A stretch of DNA of 18,676 nt, from NCBI GenBank assembly GCA_046861645.1, contig JBHHUM010000039.1, positions 1 through 18,676 on the forward strand, in the 5' to 3' direction. Numbering within the stretch: position 1 is the first letter of the stretch; every line of letters starts with the position of its first letter. Shown in pieces: positions 1 through 7,549 of the stretch. The notes under the pieces are model-generated. The model was given only the letters and a program-made list of their open reading frames with translations, searched no databases and was not told the origin of the DNA. This stretch comes from Fidelibacterota bacterium. GTDB taxonomy: Bacteria; Fidelibacterota; Marinisomatia; Marinisomatales; UBA2128. The translations under genes were made by a program, and so were the position numbers.

Positions 1-18
1 CTGTTCCACCACCCGGGC
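1..18 (-). tRNA. 5' end of a probable tRNA-Leu, running off the window edge
   Basis: Minus strand reads GCCCGGG-TG-GTGGAACAG, a typical acceptor 5' strand plus start of a Leu-type D arm. The anticodon is outside the window. Confidence 0.55.
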
Positions 19-28
19 AATCAATCCT

Positions 29-72
29 TCAGGATTAAAATCTGATGTGTCTACCAATTCCACCACTCCGGC
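29..72 (-). pseudogene. Truncated tRNA-Leu-like 5' half
   Basis: Minus strand GCCGGAG-TG-GTGGAATTGGTAGACAC-A-TCAGA-TTTTAAT-CCTGA gives the acceptor 5' strand, a full Leu D arm and an imperfect anticodon arm. No variable arm, T arm (GTTCRA) or acceptor 3' strand follows before the next tRNA-like start at 18. Confidence 0.7.
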
Positions 73-464
73 AAGTGACTGAATTTACAAAGTTGTATTA
101 TGAAGTATTATGTAAAAAGTACAATGATAGAAAAACGACGAAATAAGATTCAAAATAAAGCCCTCAAATAGTGATGTACACAGCAAAAGTAATGTAGAAC
201 TGGATATATAAAACATTAATAATGAGGCAACAAGTTATAACTTCGTAACCATGTCATCTTTCCATCCATAATATCCATCACTATTTTTGAAAATGAAGAA
301 GTCCCGACAGACCGGATAAGTCTGATGATGTAAATAAACCGAGTCAATAGAGTTTTCTGTTTGCCGTCGGTTACTGATGAGTATACACGGGATTTCAGTA
401 TTGTTTTGCATGCAAAGTTGTCACTAATTATAGAGTAATTGTAGAAACTATTTGATATTTGTAA

Positions 465-782
465 GCAACAGACCGTCCATTAGGAAGAAGACTAAATGAA
501 CATACTTTAGATAGATTAAATGGTCGTTGGGATAGGTTTTCATGGTTCGGACTTAAGCCTGTAACTGATAAGGGTAAATTGATAGAATCAACCATATCTC
601 CCTCGGCTAAGCAGCTGATAAGTACAATGGAAGCCTTATTAATTGAGGGATTAGAACCTCCTCAAAATAGACGACGTGGTGATGATTTTAGTGCAGTAGA
701 ATATTTACAAGCTGAGGATACCGATCTAAAGGATAAACAAACAAATGAGTTTATTTTAGAGCTATTGAGGAATAAACAGTAA
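465..782 (+). pseudogene. 5'-truncated GIY-YIG-like nuclease domain (C-terminal part of the HARE-HTH-associated nuclease family)
   Basis: The frame of ORF 579..782 is open back to TAA at 462-464 with no start codon before 579: ATDRPLGRRLNEHTLDRLNGRWDRFSWFGLKPV...EALLIEGLEPPQNRRRGD. RLxEH, RWDRFSWFG and ExxLIExLEPxQN resemble this family as I recall it. Confidence 0.65.
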
Positions 783-930
783 TAAATTTCCTGATTATCG
801 GGGATCACAGTCGGTGTTGGTGGTCTTATGTTGTGTTATATCGAAAATGTCTGAACCGTGATTTTCTTGATTAACTTGATAATACTGATTTTCTAATCAT
901 GTTAATCTTGACAATCCTACAAATCATGGT

Positions 931-1614
931 TCAGACCATGGCCATCCGCTCTTCCCCGTCAAGTTTCTCATATTTGCTTATCCATCCTCTCACACGACTT
1001 ATACCGTACGCCTCTTCCCAGGCGGAAACGATAGCATCCACCGGAATATCGGCAAAAGTGCCGTGGTATTCAAGGTACTCCATAAACTTCCGGTTATCCG
1101 AATCATAAGCGTGAAAGAGGGAATCTTCCCTCCCATTGAATTCCAGCGGAGCTACGTTGTGCTTTCTGCATAGTTCAACGTTAAAAGCCGGAGTGGCTCT
1201 TACCCATTTGCCTTCAAGATAAAACTCTACATATGCATGATAGACGAAAATATCAGCACCGAGAAATTCGATAAACTGCCGGGTAGCCAGATGATTCCGG
1301 ACATTAGCAAACCCAACTCGAGTTGGAATTTCGGCTGCCCGACCGACAGCACAGAGAAGTGACGCTTTACCAATACAGAATGCACGTCCACTATTCAGCA
1401 CATGACTGGCTCGATAGTGTTCCGGGAGATGGAACTGCAAGTACGGATTATACCTGATTCCATCACGAACAGCGTAGTAGAGACTGACAGCTTTCTCGAC
1501 TGGATTATCACTGACATCCTCTAAAATAGTGTTGGTATAGTTAATTATCTCACTGCTATCGCTGTCAATGATGGAAGTTGGTGAAAGGTATTTTCTGTCA
1601 ATATCAATTGTCAT
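931..1614 (-). CDS. Transglutaminase-like superfamily protein
   Basis: 227 aa with LYYAVRDGIRY, catalytic Cys in AFCIGKASLL, His in YHAYVEFY and a WVRATPAF motif. Confidence 0.88.
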   Translation of the reverse strand: MTIDIDRKYLSPTSIIDSDSSEIINYTNTILEDVSDNPVEKAVSLYYAVRDGIRYNPYLQFHLPEHYRASHVLNSGRAFCIGKASLLCAVGRAAEIPTRVGFANVRNHLATRQFIEFLGADIFVYHAYVEFYLEGKWVRATPAFNVELCRKHNVAPLEFNGREDSLFHAYDSDNRKFMEYLEYHGTFADIPVDAIVSAWEEAYGISRVRGWISKYEKLDGEERMAMV

Positions 1615-1700
1615 CTAATTATCTCGTAAGCAAATTTACAGGACTCGATCTGGTAGAATGTAGAATTCAAGTCAACTTGACGCAATAGTGAAAGTAAATT

Positions 1701-1728
1701 TATCGTAACTAACGCTTGAGTTACGATA
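1701..1728. promoter_or_regulatory. Perfect 10-bp inverted repeat, candidate operator in divergent promoter
   Basis: TATCGTAACT-N8-AGTTACGATA between divergent genes, overlapping a possible TTGAGT(1716)-N18-TATATT(1740) promoter for the gap pair. Confidence 0.45.
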
Positions 1729-1776
1729 GTACGATATTGTATATTGTCTTAGTATTCAGTAAGGAATATAATAAAT

Positions 1777-2796
1777 ATGTCAAATCCCATCAGCATCGGA
1801 CTATTCGGATTCGGCCGCATTGGTCGCAATATATTTCGTCTGGGTTACAACGATCCTCGATACGAATTTACCGCCATAAGTGACCTCGGGGGTCCTGAAT
1901 CCCTTCATTATCTCTTGATGCGAGACTCAGTATTTGGCCCCATAGATCATGATATTCATTTGGAGGGGAATTACCTTTGTTACAATGACCATAAAACCAG
2001 ACTGATCCCAGGTGGAAAACCTGGAACAGTCACTTGGGACGCTTTTGATATCGATTTAGTCATTGATGCAACTGGAGCCTACCGTCATAAGGAAGATCTC
2101 GATAAGCACATCGAAGCCGGAGCCAAACGCTTGATCGTATCTGTTCCGCCATTGGATCAGATTGATCGTATCGTGATACCTGGGATTAATGAAAATTCAA
2201 TTCAACTAGAGGATTACATTATTTCTACAACTTCCTCCACAACGCAAGTACTGGCTCTGATGTTGAAAATTCTAGATGAAGATTTTGGTGTCCAAAGAGG
2301 TATGATGACATCAATACATGCTTATACATCAGATCAACCCCTTGCCGATGCAGTACGTTCTGATTTGCGACGTAGCCGTTCCGCTGTAGAAAACATTATT
2401 CCTAATGAAACATGGGCGCCAGATTACGTCTCCCAAATCATGCCGGAGTTTGAAGACAAAATTTCTGGCATCGCCTTTAACGTTCCCGTACCGGATGGTT
2501 CTTGTGTTGATCTCACTACTGAACTAAGACAAATACCTTCTGTTGAGGAGGCAAATGCGTGTGTCAGCGCTGCTGCAAATAACCGCTATCAGCACTTGAT
2601 TGGGTATACTGAGGACCCCATTGTTTCCAGTGATGTCATTGGTCGGGAAGAAACAATGATTTTCGATGCCAAAGCAACCATGATCGCTTCAGGTAAAATG
2701 TTAAAGACACTTTGCTGGTATGATAATGGATGGGGTTTTGCTAAAAGAATCTTGGAGATGGCCGACCACTACCGGGAACTGGAGATTAGATCATGA
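1777..2796 (+). CDS. GAPDH-like protein lacking the catalytic cysteine
   Basis: Rossmann GFGRIGR, IDATG, IHAYTSDQ and WYDNGWGF are present. The active-site segment reads ISTTSSTTQV instead of ISNASCTTNC. AAGGA RBS upstream. Confidence 0.9.
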   Translation: MSNPISIGLFGFGRIGRNIFRLGYNDPRYEFTAISDLGGPESLHYLLMRDSVFGPIDHDIHLEGNYLCYNDHKTRLIPGGKPGTVTWDAFDIDLVIDATGAYRHKEDLDKHIEAGAKRLIVSVPPLDQIDRIVIPGINENSIQLEDYIISTTSSTTQVLALMLKILDEDFGVQRGMMTSIHAYTSDQPLADAVRSDLRRSRSAVENIIPNETWAPDYVSQIMPEFEDKISGIAFNVPVPDGSCVDLTTELRQIPSVEEANACVSAAANNRYQHLIGYTEDPIVSSDVIGREETMIFDAKATMIASGKMLKTLCWYDNGWGFAKRILEMADHYRELEIRS

Positions 2797-3794
2797 ATAT
2801 CGCTATTAACGGTTTCGGTAGAATCGGACGAAGTGTTTTCAGAATTCTCAATCTAAATAAAGACTACCGTATCGTTGCTATTAATGATCTTACCCCCTCT
2901 GATGCCCTTACTTACCTGCTCAAGTACGATACTGTCATGGGGCGTCTTGAAGGAAAAGCAGAGCTTGAAGGTGATATTCTTCGCACTGAAAATCACACTG
3001 TGAAAATGCTTTCCGAAAGTAAACCATCTGAATTACCATGGACAGCGATGGGTATAGACATTGTCATTGAGGCTACCGGTGTGTTTCGTACCAGAGAGAA
3101 ACTTTCTCCTCACCTTGAAGCAGGAGCAAAGAGAGTTATCTTAACTGTTCCAGCTAAGGATGAGATCGATTATACAGTAGTTATAGGTGTCAATGATAAA
3201 GGGTTAACACCCCAGGATCGCATCATTTCAAATGCCAGTTGTACTACCAACTGCCTGGCTCCTATGGCTAAAGTACTGAACGATTCCTTTGGAATAGATT
3301 ATGGAGTAATCAATACTATTCATGCTTATACCAATGATCAACGTCTTGCTGATGTACCTCATACTGATTGGCGACGGAGTCGCGCTGCTGCTGAAAATGT
3401 CATACCTACAACTACGGGTGCTGCCCGTGCAGTAGGTAAAGTTTTACCTGAATTAGATGGCAAATTGGATGGAATAGCCATGCGAGTTCCTGTACCAGAT
3501 GGTTCAGTAGTTGACTTTGTTGTCCGTCTGGAACAAGATGTTACAACAAAGCAGGTTAATGAAGCCGTCAAAGAGGCCTCGAATTCTATTCAACTCGAGC
3601 GTATTTTAGAATTTTCCACTCTACCCGTTGTCTCCACTGATATAATAGGAAACCCACACTCTTCAATATTTGACGCTCCCTTTACTAAAGTAATACAGGG
3701 AAATCTGGTTAAAACCCTAAACTGGTATGATAATGAATGGGGATATTCCAACCGTGTCGTAGACCTTATTGGAATCCTGGCTGATATGGATTAA
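2793..3794 (+). CDS. gap: Type I glyceraldehyde-3-phosphate dehydrogenase
   Basis: GFGRIGR, SNASCTTNCLAP, IHAYTNDQ, PTTTGAA, RVPVPDGS and WYDNEWGYS motifs. ATGA overlap with the upstream gene. Confidence 0.97.
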   Translation: MNIAINGFGRIGRSVFRILNLNKDYRIVAINDLTPSDALTYLLKYDTVMGRLEGKAELEGDILRTENHTVKMLSESKPSELPWTAMGIDIVIEATGVFRTREKLSPHLEAGAKRVILTVPAKDEIDYTVVIGVNDKGLTPQDRIISNASCTTNCLAPMAKVLNDSFGIDYGVINTIHAYTNDQRLADVPHTDWRRSRAAAENVIPTTTGAARAVGKVLPELDGKLDGIAMRVPVPDGSVVDFVVRLEQDVTTKQVNEAVKEASNSIQLERILEFSTLPVVSTDIIGNPHSSIFDAPFTKVIQGNLVKTLNWYDNEWGYSNRVVDLIGILADMD

Positions 3795-4049
3795 CTCCTT
3801 GTTCTCTTAATTTTCCTGTAAAATCTCATTATAGATGGAATTGCGATATTTTTATAAGTATTTATAATTGATAATATAATCGAATAGCTGATTAAAAAAT
3901 CAATCTACAGTTGAGACATAGACCGGCTTACCCAACAGTTCTCCCTCAAGTTGGATGGGGACAGTAAACCAGAGTATCCTGTTATAGCTAACCACTTCCT
4001 TAACTTATTAAGGTTCAAAATATTGACTATAGAATTTAGGAAAGATTTG

Positions 4050-4122
4050 AGGCGTGGACCGGATTCGAACCGGTGCATCGCGGTTTTGCAGACCGCTCCC
4101 TTAGCCACTTGGGTACCACGCC
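4050..4122 (-). tRNA. tRNA-Cys(GCA)
   Basis: GGCGTGG...GCGGT-CTGCAAA-ACCGC...CCGGTTCGAATCCGG-TCCACGCC-T forms a complete cloverleaf. CCA is not encoded. Confidence 0.97.
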
Positions 4123-4132
4123 TAATGATCTG

Positions 4133-4161
4133 AATTTAACTGTTTTTTCATCCCTATTCAA
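4133..4161 (-). promoter_or_regulatory. Sigma70-like promoter of tRNA-Cys
   Basis: Minus strand TTGAAT-N17-TAAATT, 10 nt before the tRNA. Confidence 0.55.
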
Positions 4162-4182
4162 ATTGGAATCTGACTATTATTG

Positions 4183-4211
4183 TTGACCTCCATTATTAAG
4201 TACTCTAACTT
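4183..4211 (+). promoter_or_regulatory. Sigma70-like promoter of the TlpA-like gene
   Basis: TTGACC-N17-TAACTT, 20 nt upstream of ATG 4232. Confidence 0.5.
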
Positions 4212-4231
4212 CAAATAAAACTGGGACCTCA

Positions 4232-4759
4232 ATGAGCAGTATTAGGACTTTATTACTAATCGTAACATTAGTTTGGGCACAAGATGTTTCACCTGACGAA
4301 CGGGGTTATATCGTTAGAATTGGAGACAGTGTACCAGATTTCGAGTTCTATCATGTTAATGGAAAGTTAGCCAGACTTTCAGATTATTTGGGTACGCCTG
4401 TTATGCTCCAGTTTACGGCTTCATGGTGTTCAGTCTGTCGGGAAGAGATGCCACATATTGAAAAGGAAATCTGGCGCCGTTTCAAGGATCAAGGTCTCAT
4501 AGTAATTGGTGTTGATCGTGATGAACCTCTGGAAATCGTAAAAGATTTTGCTAAAGAAATGAACATCACTTATCCTTTGGTATTAGATCCTGGAGCTGAA
4601 ATATTTGGTCTATTTGCCAGTAAAGAGAGTGGTGTAACCAGGAATGTTTTGATTGATCGTCACGGAAAAATAGTCTTTCTAACCCGATTATTTGAGGAAG
4701 AGGAATTCCATTCGCTGGTCGAGAAGATAGGGGAGTTGTTTTTGCCATCAAACCAATGA
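4232..4759 (+). CDS. TlpA/ResA-family thiol-disulfide oxidoreductase (exported)
   Basis: Signal-like N-terminus, IGDSVPDF, FTASWCSVCREEMP (CxxC) and VLIDRHGKI; thioredoxin fold. Confidence 0.92.
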   Translation: MSSIRTLLLIVTLVWAQDVSPDERGYIVRIGDSVPDFEFYHVNGKLARLSDYLGTPVMLQFTASWCSVCREEMPHIEKEIWRRFKDQGLIVIGVDRDEPLEIVKDFAKEMNITYPLVLDPGAEIFGLFASKESGVTRNVLIDRHGKIVFLTRLFEEEEFHSLVEKIGELFLPSNQ

Positions 4760-4815
4760 TAGTATTCAAAATCTAAAATAGTAATATCTCATGCTTTTTA
4801 TCTTCTTTCTCAACC

Positions 4816-4844
4816 TTGCATTCTTAACACAATGACCGTAAACT
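4816..4844 (+). promoter_or_regulatory. Sigma70-like promoter giving a probably leaderless mRNA
   Basis: TTGCAT-N17-TAAACT, then only 7 nt (TTTCCCA) to ATG 4852. No Shine-Dalgarno sequence. Confidence 0.55.
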
Positions 4845-4851
4845 TTTCCCA

Positions 4852-6129
4852 ATGAAAAATACAAATATAGCCCTGATAATAACCTTTCTACTATTGACCA
4901 GTACAGCTGCTAGCTGCAGTAGTGAAAGTTCTGGAGCACCTAAAAAGAGTGCAGGTGAAAATACTTCAGAAACAGTTTCAGATAAATCGAACTTAAGTGG
5001 AAAGGCTACCCTCATTGTCACCGGAAATGTACATGGTCAACTCGACCCCTGTGGCTGAAAACGCAATCCTTCTGGCGGTCTGTCGAGAAAAGCATATTAT
5101 GTAACTTCATTAAAAGAGAGTGGCTTGAATCCTCTTATCATGGATGCCGGAGATCTCTTCTTTGCCAAAACTACTGTAACCGGAATCGCCGGTGAAAAGG
5201 CTATACTTCAGGCTAAAACCATCGTCGATGGTTTTAACATAATTGGTTGCGATGCTATCAATATTGGAGCTAAAGATTTTGCCCAGGGACTCGATTTCCT
5301 GCAGGAATTGGAGACAATGTCATCATTCCCTTTCCTATCAGCAAATATTGTTGAAGAATCAACCAGTGAACTGGTCTTTAAAGAATACGAAATAGTGGAA
5401 AGAGAAGGATTCCGCTTTGGAATAGTCGGATTAGTTGGGAGTCTATCCAACATTACTCGAGGATCTTTAACGACTCTCAACTTCATCCAACGAGGTAAAG
5501 AAGTATTAGAAGATCTTGAAGAAAATTCTGATTATCAGATAGTACTTTTTAATGGTACTGTAGAGCAGGCAAATACGATTAAGGATTCCTTAACTAAAGC
5601 AGAGTTTATTTTTATCAGCGGTGATACTCGGAATCCGACCAGATCAAGTGGAAAGGTTGAGTCAGGGACTTTAATGAAGAAACTTGGCAAGCAGGGTAAA
5701 TCTCTTGGTGTAGTAACAATTGATATAAAAAAAGTTGGCGAACCACTACGGGATCTAACCAGTCTTTCCAACCGGAAGAAATTTCTAACTCGACAACTTA
5801 ATCGTTATAATAAAAAAGATCCTAAAAAGACTCTCGAAGAAATATATGCCCAAGACGAGCGTATGCTCGATCGCATTTCTACCATGAAGACGGAGCTGGA
5901 AAACATAACAGAAGAATTATTAGTAGAAGGAAACACCGTTCGCTTTGATTTTGTTCCTATGAGTAAAAACATCGGTGATAATATGTTGCTGCTCAGTATG
6001 GTTAACGAAACACTAGCCCAATGTGATGCTTTGGGACCTGATAATACTTCCTCGAACCAAAGGAATTCCACGAAAAAATCTGGACGCTCTCCTAAAAAAA
6101 CTGAATCTCAAACTAAACCGGGGAAGTGA
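4852..6129 (+). CDS. UshA/5'-nucleotidase-like selenoprotein (CxU), predicted lipoprotein, 425 aa, Sec at codon 69
   Basis: ORFs 4852..5058 and 5125..6129 share a frame and are separated only by TGA 5056-5058. Read-through gives ...GNVHGQLDPCG-U-KRNPSGGLSRKAYYVTSLKESGLNPLIMDAGD..., joining metallophosphoesterase motifs (xxHG, GGxxR, DAGD). A SECIS follows the TGA. Lipobox TAASC. Confidence 0.88.
5056..5089 (+). promoter_or_regulatory. Bacterial SECIS element
   Basis: TGA AAA CGC AAT CCT TCT GGC GGT CTG TCG AGA A folds into hairpin TTCTGGC/GGTCT/GTC(G)AGAA. GGTCTG lies at +22..+27 counting the T of TGA as +1, the same sequence and position as in the E. coli fdhF SECIS. Confidence 0.8.
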
Positions 6130-6608
6130 AACCCACTCCATCAGTCCAGGCCGTTATTCTTACTGGGCTATCATTGATATTTGCTCTTGGATATAATATT
6201 GTCCGTTCAGATAGAATCCCACTTTTCTACGAAAAACTAGAATCATACAGCATATCAAAAGCTGATTCATTGTTAGCTGAGTCAACTATTCTGATATCTC
6301 CTGAGCCGATTGACCTCGATTTAGCTAAGAACTATTATGATCGAAAAATTATGTTCATCGATGCCAGGGATGAAGAAGATTACACTAATGGGCATATCAA
6401 AGGAGCCGTGTTGGCTCCTGCCATTCTCGGTGAATTATGGGATATTTCTCCTCCCGAATTTCCTATTGTTGTTTATTGCAGTGGTGGGCATTGTGAATTG
6501 AGTTGGGACGTTGCCAATGAATTGACTGAAGAGTGGAATTATGAAAAAGTTTTTGTTTTTTTAGGTGGTTGGGATGAATGGCAGAGCGCCGGTTATCCTA
6601 CAGAATAG
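6126..6608 (+). CDS. Membrane-anchored rhodanese-like domain protein
   Basis: N-terminal TM helix, FIDAR..Y..GHIKGA, active-site loop VYCSGGHC and FLGGWDEW. GTG start overlaps the upstream TGA (GTGA). Confidence 0.9.
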   Translation: MKPTPSVQAVILTGLSLIFALGYNIVRSDRIPLFYEKLESYSISKADSLLAESTILISPEPIDLDLAKNYYDRKIMFIDARDEEDYTNGHIKGAVLAPAILGELWDISPPEFPIVVYCSGGHCELSWDVANELTEEWNYEKVFVFLGGWDEWQSAGYPTE

Positions 6609-6609
6609 A

Positions 6610-7053
6610 ATGTCAATTTTGAATAATAAATGGGTGATATTATTATTTCGTTTGTTTCTGGGAGTATTACTGTTTTATACTGGTTATCATAAAATCAGTG
6701 AATCTCCAGAGGAATTTGCTCAGGTAATCAGGCTTTATGAGATTGGCTTCCTAGCCCCTTTTTCCAATTTAATAGCATTAGTTTTTCCTTGGTTGGAGTT
6801 ATTTGTAGGGTTTTGTTTAATATTTGGAATTTTTTTAGATGGCGCCCTCCTGCTTACTTTTGGCTTGATGGGCGTTTTCTTTGTTGTAGTCTTTCAAGCT
6901 GTACTAAGGGGAATTACCGGAGACTGTGGTTGTGGCATTTTTACTGAGGAACATCTTGGGTGGTGGAAAGTGCTGCAAAACTCTCTTTATTTTATTATGT
7001 CGTACCATATTTGGAATACCGAGAATCATCTATTGAGAGCTTATCCCAAATAA
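6610..7053 (+). CDS. MauE/DoxX-family redox-associated membrane protein
   Basis: Four TM helices, RLFLG, LVFPWLELFVG and RGITGDCGCG. Start placed at ATG 6610, 1 nt after the rhodanese stop, rather than 6565. Confidence 0.88.
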   Translation: MSILNNKWVILLFRLFLGVLLFYTGYHKISESPEEFAQVIRLYEIGFLAPFSNLIALVFPWLELFVGFCLIFGIFLDGALLLTFGLMGVFFVVVFQAVLRGITGDCGCGIFTEEHLGWWKVLQNSLYFIMSYHIWNTENHLLRAYPK

Positions 7054-7055
7054 TT

Positions 7056-7084
7056 TTGCCAGAGCCTGATTGTAGTTGTAAATT
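7056..7084 (+). promoter_or_regulatory. Promoter of the tRNA-Gly/tRNA-Ala pair
   Basis: TTGCCA-N17-TAAATT followed by a GC-rich discriminator CGGCTCGC. Confidence 0.6.
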
Positions 7085-7113
7085 CGGCTCGCTTTTTAAC
7101 CATATATGTATTT

Positions 7114-7186
7114 GCGAGAGTAGCTCAGCTGGTAGAGCCCCACGTTGCCAACGTGGCTGTCGCGGGTTCGAGTCCCGTCTCTCGCT
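7114..7186 (+). tRNA. tRNA-Gly(GCC)
   Basis: GCGAGAG...CCACG-TTGCCAA-CGTGG...GCGGGTTCGAGTCCCGT-CTCTCGC-T. Confidence 0.97.
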
Positions 7187-7206
7187 CGAATGTTTGTTAT
7201 GTTCCT

Positions 7207-7279
<73 letters not shown>

Positions 7280-7283
7280 CTAA

Positions 7284-7517
7284 ATGTTCTCAACATATAT
7301 TCTATAGAGCAAAATTACTCATAGATTTTATATTGGTCACACCAGTGATATCACTAAGAGACTTAAACAGCACAATGCGGGTTATTCCAAAGCCACTAAA
7401 AGGGAACGTCCCTGGAATCTGGTCTATACCAAAACGTTCAAGACAAGGAGCGAAGCCAGACAGCATGAATTTCGACTCAAAAACTTTATAAATAAGACAA
7501 ATTGTTCGATGTATTAG
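7284..7517 (+). pseudogene. Small GIY-YIG nuclease (UPF0213/YhbQ-like) interrupted by TAG at codon 8
   Basis: Manual translation: MFSTYIL*SKITHRFYIGHTSDITKRLKQHNAGYSKATKRERPWNLVYTKTFKTRSEARQHEFRLKNF... It shows the YIL, YIG, RLxQHN, PWxLVY and A..E..LK motifs. TAG at 7305-7307. Not in the ORF track. Confidence 0.85.
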
Positions 7518-7549
7518 ACTATCTTTTACGCTTGCATTTATTCTTTGAT

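Noticed and set aside
235..411. 58-aa minus-strand ORF (MQNNTEIPC...)
   Set aside because: No RBS and no recognisable motif.
3905..4133. ORFs 3905..4108 and 3951..4133
   Set aside because: Shadow translations of tRNA-Cys.
4852..5058. 68-aa ORF and the 5125..6129 ORF as separate genes
   Set aside because: Same frame, single TGA in a CGU motif with a SECIS, and domain motifs span the junction.
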